Shown here piece by piece: positions 28,140 to 37,373 of a stretch of DNA of 64,000 bases; the first letter of the stretch is position 1; each line of letters begins with the position of its first letter. A program made the translations under genes and the position numbers. Below the pieces are notes generated by a model, which made no database searches, was not told the origin of the DNA, and worked only from the letters and a program-made list of their open reading frames with translations. This DNA is from Gemmatimonadota bacterium (GTDB taxonomy: Bacteria; Gemmatimonadota; Gemmatimonadetes; Longimicrobiales; Gaopeijiaceae): contig JAAXGM010000006.1 of the NCBI GenBank assembly GCA_012267435.1, positions 12,736-76,735 of the forward strand, written 5' to 3'.

Positions 28140-29057
28140 TCATCCCCTGGGATGGTGGGTCCGGTGCATCTCGTGCACGTATTCCCGGTCCACGTGCGTG
28201 TAGATTTCGGTAGTGGCGATGTCGACATGGCCGAGCAGTTCCTGGACCGCGGCCAAGTCGGCGCCTCCCTCCAGCAGATGGGTCGCGCAGCTGTGGCGGA
28301 GGGTATGCGGGGAGACGGGTCTCTCGATCCCCGCCCGGTCGCGCGCCTTGCGCACGACGGTCCACACCGCCATGCGGGTGAGCGGCCGACCCCTGGCGCT
28401 CAGGAAGACCATCCCCTCGCCCCCGCCCCGCTCCAGCTCCGGCCGCACGTCCCGCAGATAGCGGATCAGCGCACGCCGGGCGGCGCGTCCGAAGGGCACC
28501 ATGCGCTCCTTCGCGCCCTTCCCGTACACTAGGCAAGTACGGTCCTCGAGGTCGAGGCTCCGCAGGGGAAGCCCCGTCAGTTCGGAGACCCGCATGCCGG
28601 TCGCGTACAAGAGCTCCAGGACGGCGCGATTGCGCCAACACAGCGGATCGGACGGGTCCGGCGCCTCCAGGAGGCGTTCCGTCTCCCGCATGCTCAGCAC
28701 TTCGGGGAGGGTTCGCCAGACGCGCGGCGACTCGATCTGCTCGGTGGGGTCCGTCTCGATGGCCTCCTCCTCCAGAAGGAAGGCGAAGTACGCCCGCATC
28801 GACGACAGGGCGCGCCGGATCGAGGTCGGCGCCAAGCCCCCGTCCTTGAGCGAGTACACATAATCCCGGAGCTCGAGGCGGGAGACCTCCCGCGGGCGGA
28901 CGATGCCCCGGTCCGACAGGTACCGGATCAGCCGCGCCACATCGCGCCCGTACGCTTGCATGGTGCTCGCGGCGAGCCCTCGCTCGAAAGCCAGGTAGTC
29001 CGCGAATAGTTCCTCCCGGAAGGCCCTCGCCACTTGATCGCCTCGCTCCGCGGTCAT
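28140..29057 (-). CDS. xerD: Tyrosine site-specific recombinase XerD/XerC family
   Basis: The N-terminal SAM-like domain reads YLAFERGLAASTMQAYGRDVARL. The catalytic motifs are LELLYATGMRVSEL…HTLRHSCATHLLEGGADL..VQELLGH…TTEIYTHV. The XerD-versus-XerC choice is tentative. The ATG at 29057 overlaps the dedA stop. Confidence 0.8.
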   Translation of the reverse strand: MTAERGDQVARAFREELFADYLAFERGLAASTMQAYGRDVARLIRYLSDRGIVRPREVSRLELRDYVYSLKDGGLAPTSIRRALSSMRAYFAFLLEEEAIETDPTEQIESPRVWRTLPEVLSMRETERLLEAPDPSDPLCWRNRAVLELLYATGMRVSELTGLPLRSLDLEDRTCLVYGKGAKERMVPFGRAARRALIRYLRDVRPELERGGGEGMVFLSARGRPLTRMAVWTVVRKARDRAGIERPVSPHTLRHSCATHLLEGGADLAAVQELLGHVDIATTEIYTHVDREYVHEMHRTHHPRG

Positions 29058-29674
29058 TTCCCGGAATCGGAAGCCTGCCCGCGGGTGTGCAGCCACGCCA
29101 GCAGGATCGCCGCGATGATCGCGGTCGCGATGACCAGCAGGAGACGGTTGGCGGTCGCGTACCACTCGAGGATGGTGTCGAGGTTCTCCCCGGCGACCGA
29201 CCCCAGCCAGACCAGTCCGCCATACCACAGGGCGGAGGCGACGGTCACGGGAAGGGCGACGGAGGCGAAGGAAAGCCGGGCGACCCCGGCGAAAGCGGGC
29301 ACCACCGCTCTCAGGCCAGGGAGAAAACGGGCGAAGAAGATGGCCGCGGTGCCCCGTCGCCGGTAGAAGCGGCGCACGCGCGCGAGCTGCTCCGGCTGAA
29401 GCAGCAGCCGGCCGAACCGGCTGTCGAAGAAAGGCGGGCCGAACCGGTATCCCGCTCCGTAGACCAGCAGGGCCCCGGCGGCGTTGGCCAGCCAAGTCAC
29501 CACGAAGACCAGCGTCACCTCGGCCGGACCCCGCACGGCGAGAAATCCTCCCAGGAGGACGAAGGTGTCGGCGGGAACCGGAGGCACGATGTTTTCCAGA
29601 GCTGCCCCGGTCCCCAGCACCAGGTAGGTCAGCCCGGCGGGGAGTGACGCGAGGAAGTCGAGCGTCGCTTCCAT
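29054..29674 (-). CDS. DedA/SNARE-associated family membrane protein
   Basis: YLVLGTGAALENIVPPVPADTFVLLGGFL…FFARFLPGLRAVVPAFAGV is the typical DedA signature with 4-5 TM helices. Confidence 0.8.
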   Translation of the reverse strand: MEATLDFLASLPAGLTYLVLGTGAALENIVPPVPADTFVLLGGFLAVRGPAEVTLVFVVTWLANAAGALLVYGAGYRFGPPFFDSRFGRLLLQPEQLARVRRFYRRRGTAAIFFARFLPGLRAVVPAFAGVARLSFASVALPVTVASALWYGGLVWLGSVAGENLDTILEWYATANRLLLVIATAIIAAILLAWLHTRGQASDSGK

Positions 29675-30150
29675 GTTTCCTCCTCGCCGATGAGCGCCAC
29701 GGCGTGCACGGCGATCCCTTCGCCCGCGCCGATCCAGCCCATTCCCTCGTTCGTCTTCCCCTTTATGGAAACCGCGTCCGACCCGATCCCGAGCACTTCA
29801 GCGATGCGCGCACGCATTCCCGCCGCGTGCGGTCCGATGCGGGGTGTTTCGCAGATCACGGTCACGTCCACGTTGATGGTCCGCAGCCGCCGCTGCCGCA
29901 GGAGGGCCACCACCCGCCCGAGCAGATCCATGGAGTCGGCGTCGCGCCAGCGCGGATCTCCCGGGGGAAAGTGGCCTCCGATGTCGCCTTCGGCAGCGGC
30001 TCCGAGCAGGGCGTCCGTGACGGCATGGGCCACGGCGTCGCCGTCGGAATGGCCGGCCAGACCCGGAACCCCGGGGATCTCGACGCCGCCCAGCTTCAGC
30101 TTCCGGTCCGGGTCGAAGCGGTGCGAGTCGTATCCGGTGCCCACTCTCAT
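29629..30150 (-). CDS. ispF: 2-C-methyl-D-erythritol 2,4-cyclodiphosphate synthase
   Basis: MRVGTGYDSHRF…GHSDGDAVAHAVTDALLGA…GDIGGHFP…VDVTVICE.PRI…ISIKGKT are canonical IspF motifs. The 3' end overlaps the dedA start by 46 nt. Confidence 0.9.
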   Translation of the reverse strand: MRVGTGYDSHRFDPDRKLKLGGVEIPGVPGLAGHSDGDAVAHAVTDALLGAAAEGDIGGHFPPGDPRWRDADSMDLLGRVVALLRQRRLRTINVDVTVICETPRIGPHAAGMRARIAEVLGIGSDAVSIKGKTNEGMGWIGAGEGIAVHAVALIGEEETWKRRSTSSRHSPPG

Positions 30151-30223
30151 GGCGAGCAGTCCGTGGATGAATCCGCGCGAGCACCGAGAGCGGCGAGGCG
30201 CCGGGCTGGCAAGGCGCCTTGAA

Positions 30224-30248
30224 GGCCGAATAGCAGCGCTATTGGGCC
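30224..30248 (-). terminator. Candidate hairpin downstream of fabF
   Basis: GGCCgAATAGC-agc-GCTATTgGGCC forms 10 bp with one G.G mismatch, ~110 nt after the fabF stop. On the gene strand only TT follows it, so there is no proper U-tract. Confidence 0.25.
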
Positions 30249-30355
30249 GAAAGGCAACGCAGAGCGAAGCGATCCAGCGCGGATGCATCGGCGTTCGAAT
30301 GCCGGGGGGAGTTCATTCACGGACTGCTACCCCCGGGAGGCGCGGAAGGGCTCGC

Positions 30356-31642
30356 TCAGGCGGGCCAGCGCCGGAAGGCCAGACATACGTTGTGCCCTCC
30401 GAAACCAAACGAGTTGGAGAGGGCCGCCTCGACGGGTCTCTCGACCATGCCGTCGGTGGCGTAGTCGAGGTCGCACTCGGGATCGGGGTGCTCGTAGTTG
30501 GTCGTGGGGGGGATCCGGCCCTCCAGCAGCACCATGACCGAAATGACCGATTCGATCGCGCCCGCCGCACCCAGGGTGTGGCCGGTCATCGACTTGGTGC
30601 CGCCCACGATGGCCGCCCGGGCCGCTTCTTCCCCCAGCACCGCTTTGATGGCCGCGGTCTCGACCTCGTCGTTGTAGGGGGTCGACGTGCCGTGCGCGTT
30701 GATGTAGCCGACTTCCTCCGGCGCGATTCCCCCGTCCCCCAGGGCCAGCCGCATGGCCTGCCGGGCTCCCGCGCCTCCGGGAACCGGCGCGGTGATGTGG
30801 TAGGCGTCCGCGGTGGCCCCGCAGCCCGCGACCTCCCCCAGAATGCGCGCGCCGCGCGCCTCGGCGGTGTCGAGCGACTCGAGCACCAGGCAGCCCGCGC
30901 CCTCCCCGATGACGAAGCCGTCACGGGTGGCGTCGAAGGGGCGGCTCGCGGTCTGGGGGGTGTCGTTGCGTCTGGACATCGCCTTCATGGAGGCGAATCC
31001 GGCGATGGAGATGGGCACGATGGCGGCCTCCGCGCCCCCCGCCACCATCACGTCGGCGTCCCCTCGCTGGATGACGCGGAGGGCGTCGCCGATGGCGTGC
31101 GCTCCGGAGGAACACGCCGACACGGTGGAGTGGTTCGGACCCTGGGCGCCGTAACGGATCGACACCAGCCCCGAGCCGATGTTGGGAATGAACATCGGAA
31201 CGAAGAAGGGACTGATGCGGCGCGGCCCGAACTTCACCAGCTTGCGGACCTGACTCTCATAGGTGTCGACGCCGCCGATCCCGCTGCCGATGATCACGCC
31301 GAAACGTTCCGGACGCACGCCGGGCGGGCAGCCATCCAGCCCCGCGGAGGCCATGGCCTCCGCGGAGGCCACCATGGCGAACTGCGCGAAGCGGTCGTAG
31401 CGCCGCATCTCGCGCTTGTTCAGGTGCCCGGAGGGATCGAAATCCCTGACCTCGCACGCGATCCGGGTCGCGAAGCGGTCGTCGGCTTCGAAGTGGGTGA
31501 TCGGGCCACCGCCATTCGTGCCGGCCAGCAGGGCCACCCAGGAAGACGGGACGTCGTGGCCGAGGGGAGTGATCATCCCGATGCCGGTAACGACGACCCG
31601 CCGGCCCGCCCGGGCGGTACCGTTCTCTAGAGGGCCGCTCAT
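30356..31642 (-). CDS. fabF: 3-oxoacyl-ACP synthase II
   Basis: RRVVVTGIGMITPLG…STVSACSSGAHAIG…INAHGTSTP.ND…SNSFGFGGHN carries the KAS II active-site Cys/His/His context. ATG at 31642. Confidence 0.9.
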   Translation of the reverse strand: MSGPLENGTARAGRRVVVTGIGMITPLGHDVPSSWVALLAGTNGGGPITHFEADDRFATRIACEVRDFDPSGHLNKREMRRYDRFAQFAMVASAEAMASAGLDGCPPGVRPERFGVIIGSGIGGVDTYESQVRKLVKFGPRRISPFFVPMFIPNIGSGLVSIRYGAQGPNHSTVSACSSGAHAIGDALRVIQRGDADVMVAGGAEAAIVPISIAGFASMKAMSRRNDTPQTASRPFDATRDGFVIGEGAGCLVLESLDTAEARGARILGEVAGCGATADAYHITAPVPGGAGARQAMRLALGDGGIAPEEVGYINAHGTSTPYNDEVETAAIKAVLGEEAARAAIVGGTKSMTGHTLGAAGAIESVISVMVLLEGRIPPTTNYEHPDPECDLDYATDGMVERPVEAALSNSFGFGGHNVCLAFRRWPA

Positions 31643-31682
31643 GTGTCTTCGCGCCGTGCGGCGCCTCTCCCGCGCGGAGGGG

Positions 31683-31925
31683 TCAGGATGCGGCGGCCTT
31701 GCGAATGTAGCCGATCGCGTCGCCCACGGTGCGCATCCGCTCGGCATCGGAGTCGGGAATGTCGATTCCGAACTCCTCCTCAAAGGCCATCACCAGCTCC
31801 ACGGTGTCGAGCGAATCGGCTCCGAGATCCTCCATGAACGAAGCCTCGCTCGTGACCTGATCCTCCTCGACACCGAGTTCAGTGACGATAATGTCCTTTA
31901 CCCGGCCCTCGATGCTGTCCGCCAT
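31683..31925 (-). CDS. acpP: Acyl carrier protein
   Basis: 80 aa with the [21 protein letters not shown] phosphopantetheine-attachment motif. Confidence 0.95.
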   Translation of the reverse strand: MADSIEGRVKDIIVTELGVEEDQVTSEASFMEDLGADSLDTVELVMAFEEEFGIDIPDSDAERMRTVGDAIGYIRKAAAS

Positions 31926-31980
31926 CTCCTTGTTCCTCCCTTGTGTTGCGGTTTTCCGCCGCTAATAAGTGATCGTCGGG

Positions 31981-32721
31981 CTACATCGCCATGCCGCCGT
32001 CCACGGCCAGGACTTGGCCGGTAACGTATCGGGCTTCCGGTCCCGCGAGAAATCGCGCAACGTCGGCAACGTCGGAAGGCTCTCCCAGCCGGCCCATCGG
32101 GATGCGCGCCCCGAGCTCTCCGGTGGTGCGTTCGTCCAGGCCGGCGGTCATGTCCGTTGCGATGTAGCCGGGAGCGATCGCGTTGCAGCGCACTCCTCGC
32201 TTGGCTAGCTCCCGGGCGACGCTCTTGGTGAGCCCCACGAGCCCCGCCTTCGAGGCCCCGTAGTTGGTCTGACCCGCATTCCCCATCAGGCCGATTACGG
32301 AGCTGATGTTGACGATGGAGCCGGATCGGCGCTTCATCATGCCCCTGCACGCGGCGCGGGTCATGTTGAAGGCGCCCGTGAGGTTGACCCTGATCACCGC
32401 ATTCCAGTCCTCGTCCTTCATGCGCAGGAGAAGATTGTCCCGGGTGATCCCCGCGTTGTTGATCAGAATGGTCACGATACCCTGCGCCCTGGTCACCGCG
32501 GCGACCGTGGCGCCGCACTGCCCTGGATCTCCGACGTCGCAGAGGTAGCCGGCGTGACCGGCGCCCTCGAGTCGAGCGGCGGCGGAGAGCGCCCCTTCCT
32601 CGTCGATGTCCACGATGGCCACTCGGGCCCCGTCCCGCGCGAGGACCTGTGAGATCGCGAACCCTATGCCCCGCGATCCGCCGGTCACCAAGGCGGTCTG
32701 TCCGGCCAGCGCGCCGTTCAT
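31981..32721 (-). CDS. fabG: 3-oxoacyl-ACP reductase (SDR)
   Basis: ALVTGGSRGIG…NNAG…SS..G..G..GQTNYGASKAG…VNAIAPG matches the family, and the gene sits in the fab cluster. The ATG at 32721 overlaps the fabD stop. Confidence 0.9.
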   Translation of the reverse strand: MNGALAGQTALVTGGSRGIGFAISQVLARDGARVAIVDIDEEGALSAAARLEGAGHAGYLCDVGDPGQCGATVAAVTRAQGIVTILINNAGITRDNLLLRMKDEDWNAVIRVNLTGAFNMTRAACRGMMKRRSGSIVNISSVIGLMGNAGQTNYGASKAGLVGLTKSVARELAKRGVRCNAIAPGYIATDMTAGLDERTTGELGARIPMGRLGEPSDVADVARFLAGPEARYVTGQVLAVDGGMAM

Positions 32722-33671
32722 GGCCCGCTCCCGGCCGCGACGGGATCGGGAAACAGCTTCGCCACGCCGCTCGCGGTGCCCACGGACACGGCGTTGACGC
32801 CCCGGACGTTGCGCCGGCTCAATCCGCGCAGCACGGACCCGGGACCGACCTCGACGAACCGTTCCACTCCGCTTTCGACCATGGACCTGACCGATTGGGA
32901 CCACAATACCGGAGAAGTGAGCTGCCGGACCAACAGCCGACGCGCGAGGCCGGGATCCCGGACGGCCCCGGCGGTCACGTTCGAAAAGACCGGAAACTCG
33001 GGCGGTCCGAAAGATAGGCTGCGGAAACACTTCCGCAAACCCTCCTTCGCCGCGCTCATCAAAGGCGAATGAAAGGCGCCGGACACGGCCAGCCGCACGG
33101 CCCGCCGGGCACCGGCTTCCCTGGCGAGCGCCAGGACCCGGTCGATCGCGTCCGCGTCGCCGCTGACCACGATCTGCGCGGGGGCGTTGAAGTTGGCCGG
33201 AACACAGACCAGCCCCTTCCCGGACACGGCTCGGCACACTTCGCGCACTTCGCCTTCTCCCAGGCCCAGGATGGCCGCCATGGCCCCGGGGCGGGCGCGT
33301 CCCGCCTCCCGCATCAGCTCGCCTCTGCGCCGCACGGCGCGCACGGCATCCTCGAAAAGGAGCGTGCCCGCGGCCGCGTGGGCGGAGAGTTCGCCCAGCG
33401 AATGCCCCGCGGCGCAGGCGATGGATGATCCGAGTCGCGGCCTCAGGACCGCGAGCGCGGCGAGGGAATGGACGAGGATCGCGGGCTGTGCGTTGTGCGT
33501 CTGCAGCAGCTGGTCCTCCGGCCCTTCCCAAGCGAGGCGCGAAAGGGGGAACCCTAGGATGTCGTCCGCGTGCTCGAAGACCCGTGCGGCTTCCGGATAG
33601 GCGGCCGCGAGGTCGCGTCCCATCCCGGGAAACTGCGACCCCTGTCCGGGGAAGAGGAGAGCCAGTGACAC
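32718..33671 (-). CDS. fabD: Malonyl-CoA:ACP transacylase
   Basis: LLFPGQGSQFPGMG…AGHSLGELSAHAAAG…VSGAFHSPLM are the family motifs. The GTG start at 33671 (VSLALLFPGQG) was chosen because the upstream part of the 621-aa ORF is junk. Confidence 0.9.
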   Translation of the reverse strand: MSLALLFPGQGSQFPGMGRDLAAAYPEAARVFEHADDILGFPLSRLAWEGPEDQLLQTHNAQPAILVHSLAALAVLRPRLGSSIACAAGHSLGELSAHAAAGTLLFEDAVRAVRRRGELMREAGRARPGAMAAILGLGEGEVREVCRAVSGKGLVCVPANFNAPAQIVVSGDADAIDRVLALAREAGARRAVRLAVSGAFHSPLMSAAKEGLRKCFRSLSFGPPEFPVFSNVTAGAVRDPGLARRLLVRQLTSPVLWSQSVRSMVESGVERFVEVGPGSVLRGLSRRNVRGVNAVSVGTASGVAKLFPDPVAAGSGP

Positions 33672-33697
33672 CTGACGACGATCGACGCTGGAGGCCG

Positions 33698-34684
33698 CTA
33701 CACGCGGAGGGCCGTGGCGCCCCACGTGAGGCCCGCGCCGAAGGCGACCAGCAGGACGTTGGATCCGGGTCCGATGCGGCCCCGCTCCAGCGCTTCGTCG
33801 AGCGCTACCGGGACGGTCGCCGAGCTGATGTTCCCATAGCGGTGGACGTTGACGTACACCTTCTCCATGGGCACGCGCGCGTAGCGGGCGGTCGCCTCGA
33901 TGATGCGGATGTTGGCCTGGTGGGGGATGAGGAGATCGACGTCGTCCGCCGCCCAGCCGGCCTGCTTGATTGCCAGGCGGGACGACCGGGACATCGCTCG
34001 CACGGCGTTCTTGAAGACCTCCCGGCCTGCCATGAGCAACAGGTGCGAGCGATCCGCGAGGACGGATTCGTCGAAGGGCCGGCGCGCGCCTCCGCCCGGC
34101 CTCTGAAGCAGGTCCGCGAGCTTCCCGTCGGACCGGATGTCGTTGGCGAGAATCCCCCGGTCGCCGGTCGCGCGGCGGATCACGCTCGCGCCCGCTCCGT
34201 CCCCGAACAGCACCGCGGTGGACCGGTCCTCCCAGTCCATGATCGACGTCATCTTCTCGGTGGACACCACCAGGACCACCTCGCCCCTGCCGCTCGCGAT
34301 GTGGCCCTCCGCCAAGGCCAGAATGTAGAGGTATCCCGTGCAGGCCGCGGAGATGTCCATGGCCGCCGCCTTGTTCGCGCCCAGCCGGGCCTGAATATCG
34401 CACGCGGTGGAGGGCAGCAGCCGGTCCGGCGTCGCGGTGGAGACCAGCAGCAGGTCCACGTCTCCGGCGTCGACCCCGGCCCGCTCGAGAGCCTGCTCTG
34501 CCGCGGCGACGCCCATGTCGCACACCGAGATGCACGGACTCGCCACGCGGCGTTCGTGAATGCCGGTGCGCTCCACGATCCACTGGTCGGTGGTGTCCAC
34601 CATGCGCGTCCAGTCCTCGTTGGTGAGGACGCGGTCCGGGAGAAACCGTCCCGTGCCGGCGACTTCGCTGATGGGTCGGGTCAT
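33698..34684 (-). CDS. fabH: 3-oxoacyl-ACP synthase III
   Basis: GTGRFLPDRVLTNED…TSDQWI.ERTGI.ER…AACTGY…HQAN.RI…GN.S.A…AFGAGLTWGA are the family motifs. Confidence 0.9.
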   Translation of the reverse strand: MTRPISEVAGTGRFLPDRVLTNEDWTRMVDTTDQWIVERTGIHERRVASPCISVCDMGVAAAEQALERAGVDAGDVDLLLVSTATPDRLLPSTACDIQARLGANKAAAMDISAACTGYLYILALAEGHIASGRGEVVLVVSTEKMTSIMDWEDRSTAVLFGDGAGASVIRRATGDRGILANDIRSDGKLADLLQRPGGGARRPFDESVLADRSHLLLMAGREVFKNAVRAMSRSSRLAIKQAGWAADDVDLLIPHQANIRIIEATARYARVPMEKVYVNVHRYGNISSATVPVALDEALERGRIGPGSNVLLVAFGAGLTWGATALRV

Positions 34685-35673
34685 GGGATGCGGGCCGCGG
34701 TTTCGGCGAGGTAGCGGGCGATATGCCCGATCATGGAACTCCTCACGGCCTTGGCCGCCACCCCGATGGCCTTGCCGATGGCCTTGGGAGGCGATCTGCC
34801 GTGGCAGATGACGGACACCCCGTTTACCCCCAGGAGCGGAGCGCCCCCGTATTCGGCGTAGTCGAGGATCTCGATGGTGGAGCGGTCCAATGGCGTGCGG
34901 ATGCGTTCCTGCTCGCGGTCCATCACCCGGATCACGAACCCCGCCACCGACTCGTAGAACTTGAGAAGCACGTTGCCGGCGAATCCGTCGGTGACCAGTA
35001 CGTCGCAGCGGCCGTGGATGATGTCGCGGCCTTCGACGTTGCCGATGAAGTTGAGCCCGCTCTGGCTGAGCAGGCGGTATGCCTCAACCGTGCGTTCGTT
35101 ACCCTTCTCCGGCTCGGAGCCGATGTTCAGCAGCCCGATGCGGGGCTTCGGTCTCCCCATCAGGTCCTGTGCGTAGACATGGCCGAGAAGCGCGAACTGC
35201 AGGAGGTGGCGGGGCCGGCAGTCCACATTGGCCCCGGCGTCCAGCATCAGCATGTGCGCCCGGCTGGTGGTGGGGATGAGGGTGCCGACGGCGGGTCGGT
35301 CCACTCCCGGCAGCCGCTTGAGCAGAAATACCGACGCCGCCATCACCGCACCCGTGGGTCCCGCGCTGACGAAGGCGTCCACTTGGCCCCTGCGATGGAG
35401 CCCGACTCCGGTCACGAGGGACGAGCCCGGCTTGCGGCGCACGATGGCCGCGGGGGATTCGTTGGGGGAAACCCGCTCCGCGGCATGGACGATCTCCAGC
35501 CGGTCGCCTTCGGAGGCGGCATGCCGGTCCAGCTCCGCCGCGATTCGGGCGCGGTCTCCCACCAGGACGACCGTCACGTCGCCGGCCTCGTGCGAAAGGG
35601 CGTGCAGCGCTCCGGCGACTTCGGTCGCGGGGGCGCCGTCGCTGCCCATGGCGTCGAGCGCGATTCTCATCAT
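34681..35673 (-). CDS. plsX: Phosphate:acyl-ACP acyltransferase
   Basis: MMRIALDAMGSDGAP…SAGPTGA…LLNIGSE..KGN…DVLVTDGF.GNV.LK are the family motifs. The fabH start overlaps its stop. Confidence 0.9.
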   Translation of the reverse strand: MMRIALDAMGSDGAPATEVAGALHALSHEAGDVTVVLVGDRARIAAELDRHAASEGDRLEIVHAAERVSPNESPAAIVRRKPGSSLVTGVGLHRRGQVDAFVSAGPTGAVMAASVFLLKRLPGVDRPAVGTLIPTTSRAHMLMLDAGANVDCRPRHLLQFALLGHVYAQDLMGRPKPRIGLLNIGSEPEKGNERTVEAYRLLSQSGLNFIGNVEGRDIIHGRCDVLVTDGFAGNVLLKFYESVAGFVIRVMDREQERIRTPLDRSTIEILDYAEYGGAPLLGVNGVSVICHGRSPPKAIGKAIGVAAKAVRSSMIGHIARYLAETAARIP

Positions 35674-35695
35674 GGACCGGTCGCCGCCGGCGTGG

Positions 35696-35878
35696 TCAGT
35701 CCAGCTCGACTTCGATGACCGGGCGATCCCGGTAGTAGCCGCAGGTGGGACACACGCGGTGCGGGATCTGCGGATCGTCGCAGCGCGGGCAGTTCCACAC
35801 CGCGACGGGCTCGGCTCGATGGTGTGTGCGGCGCTTGCGCTGCCGCTGCTTGGATGTACGACGCTTCGGTACGGCCAT
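35696..35878 (-). CDS. rpmF: 50S ribosomal protein L32
   Basis: It starts MAVPKRRTSKQRQRKRR and has the CxxC…CxxC zinc ribbon (CPRC…CPTCG). Length is 60 aa. Confidence 0.95.
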   Translation of the reverse strand: MAVPKRRTSKQRQRKRRTHHRAEPVAVWNCPRCDDPQIPHRVCPTCGYYRDRPVIEVELD

Positions 35879-35890
35879 GGCTTCTTTGTT

Positions 35891-36403
35891 CTAGTGATTG
35901 GTGAGAGCCCGCAGCTTCTCCCATCGGGCATCGACATCCGGTGAGGCGCAATCGCACCGGGCCGTGTTGCGGTTTGAGCCGCACGCCGAACAGAGACCCC
36001 GGCAGTCGGGGCGGCATTCCACGTACATGGGCGCCGCCAGCGCGAACTCCTCCCGCAGGGGGCCGGCGATGTCGAGCTCGGCCAGGCGTGCCGGGAAGGT
36101 GCGCACCTCCCCGTCATCTCGGCAGTCGCTTTCATCGTCGGGGACGAAGACAAACCGGATCGGAAGAGCGAACGCCCGGGCGACGGGTTCCAGACAGCGC
36201 CGGCACACCTGCGCCAGGGTGGTCGACATCCTTCCCTGGACCATCACCTGGCCCGCGGCCATGGACCTCGCCGTCACAGTCACGCTGACGGGCTCGGACA
36301 GCTCCGGACCCTGTCCCCCGAGGACGAAATCGGCGGCCGGGCACGCCGCCCGCAACCGGAGCGTACCCGTGCGTTCGAGCGCATTCAAGTTCAGTCGCAG
36401 CAT
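35891..36403 (-). CDS. yceD: YceD/DUF177 family protein (large-subunit rRNA accumulation protein)
   Basis: It holds the conserved position upstream of rpmF-plsX. Cys clusters are CRRCLEP… and C.PDCRGLCSACG.N.N….C.C. Confidence 0.8.
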   Translation of the reverse strand: MLRLNLNALERTGTLRLRAACPAADFVLGGQGPELSEPVSVTVTARSMAAGQVMVQGRMSTTLAQVCRRCLEPVARAFALPIRFVFVPDDESDCRDDGEVRTFPARLAELDIAGPLREEFALAAPMYVECRPDCRGLCSACGSNRNTARCDCASPDVDARWEKLRALTNH

Positions 36404-36411
36404 AGCACAAA

Positions 36412-36441
36412 AAGCTAGCGTTACGCACGGTCCTGCGTCAA
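36412..36441 (-). promoter_or_regulatory. Candidate promoter TTGACG-18-TAGCTT directly upstream of yceD
   Basis: On the minus strand: TTGACG (36436-36441), an 18-nt spacer, TAGCTT (36412-36417), then 8 nt to the ATG at 36403. The same -10-like hexamer recurs upstream of nuoA. Confidence 0.2.
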
Positions 36442-36917
36442 CGCGCTGTCGTGGATTGTCGCGGATCGGCGTGGATCAGACAGTTTTCTCCCGCGCCCAC
36501 ACATCGACGCCCAGCTGTCACCAGATCGTCCCATCAGTCCCGGCCACCACCTGTCTGAGCGGCGGATGGTATTCCGGCACCCGGAACGCTCCGCGAACGG
36601 CACGACGTCTTTGTCGCGCAATGTCTCACTTACCGCACTTCCCGGAGACGGGTTTGTGTAATAAGGTCTCCACTCTCTGGCGAACCAATCCGCACCACTT
36701 CATTCAGCCGCCATGGCGTCGGACAGGTGACCTGTGCGCGCATCGCTGATGGTATGCAAAGGACACAGCAGTCGCAGTGGTCAGTAGATGCATCATCCCA
36801 GCTCCTGTTGGTGCGAACGCTTCCGAACATACGGCTTCATGGGCCTTCACGGTGAAAGCGGGTCGGGAAGGCGGCACACCATCGAGGATGGACACACTCA
36901 TGAAGGACACGGACGCG

Positions 36918-37373
36918 TCAGGGGGGTGAGGGACCTCGCGCAAGGACTCGCGCTCGCACTGCCAGCCTCTCGTGCCGCGAAAAGAAAAAGTCGATTTCGA
37001 GCGCGGCGTTGGCGTCCGAATCGGACCCGTGGACGGCATTGCGCTCCTTCGACTCCGCGTAGAGCGCGCGTACGGTTCCAGGAGCGGCCTCGGCGGGATT
37101 CGTGGCTCCGATGGCCTCGCGAAACCGGGGCACGGCGTCCTCGGCCTCAAGCACCATGGGCACGATGGGACCGGAGGTCATGAAGGCGACCAGGGAGTCG
37201 AAGAAGGGCCGCTCCCGATGCACCGCGTAGAAGGCCGCGGCCTGTGTGCGGGAGAGCCGCGTCATGCGCAGGCAGCGAATGCGGAAGCCCGCCCCTTCCA
37301 AGTGGGCGAGGATGGCTCCCGTCTTTCCCGAAGCGACCGCGTCGGGCTTGATGATCGCGAGTGTCAGGCTCAT
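36918..37373 (-). CDS. ndk: Nucleoside diphosphate kinase
   Basis: LAIIKPDAV…FY.VH..RPFF..L…GP…A.G.TNP…APGT.R…N..HGSDS are NDK motifs, including the catalytic His. Confidence 0.95.
   Translation of the reverse strand: MSLTLAIIKPDAVASGKTGAILAHLEGAGFRIRCLRMTRLSRTQAAAFYAVHRERPFFDSLVAFMTSGPIVPMVLEAEDAVPRFREAIGATNPAEAAPGTVRALYAESKERNAVHGSDSDANAALEIDFFFSRHERLAVRARVLARGPSPP

Noticed and set aside
36451-36476. GTGGAT/GCGGAT/GTGGAT at a 10-bp period, considered as DnaA boxes of a replication origin.
   Set aside because: Matches to TGTGGATAA are only 6-7/9. There is no dnaA/dnaN context, no AT-rich unwinding element nearby, and the locus lies inside a housekeeping operon region. It is kept only as a component of the spacer finding.
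36723-36735. Individual perfect 6-1-6 palindromes (ACAGGTgACCTGT here; CTGATGgCATCAG at 5216; CGGTTCcGAACCG at 26236), considered as evidence of specific operators.
   Set aside because: Roughly a dozen or more such palindromes are expected by chance in 64 kb. Taken singly they carry little weight, and they are reported only where other local structure such as phasing or AT-richness adds support.
36861-36880. GGTCGGGAAGGCGGCACACC resembles the SRP (4.5S) RNA domain IV core GGUCCGGAAGGAAGCAGCC (14/19 by eye).
   Set aside because: The invariant AGCA of the symmetric loop and the C-G closing pairs of the GGAA tetraloop are missing, and no flanking long helix can be drawn. It is probably chance in GC-rich DNA.
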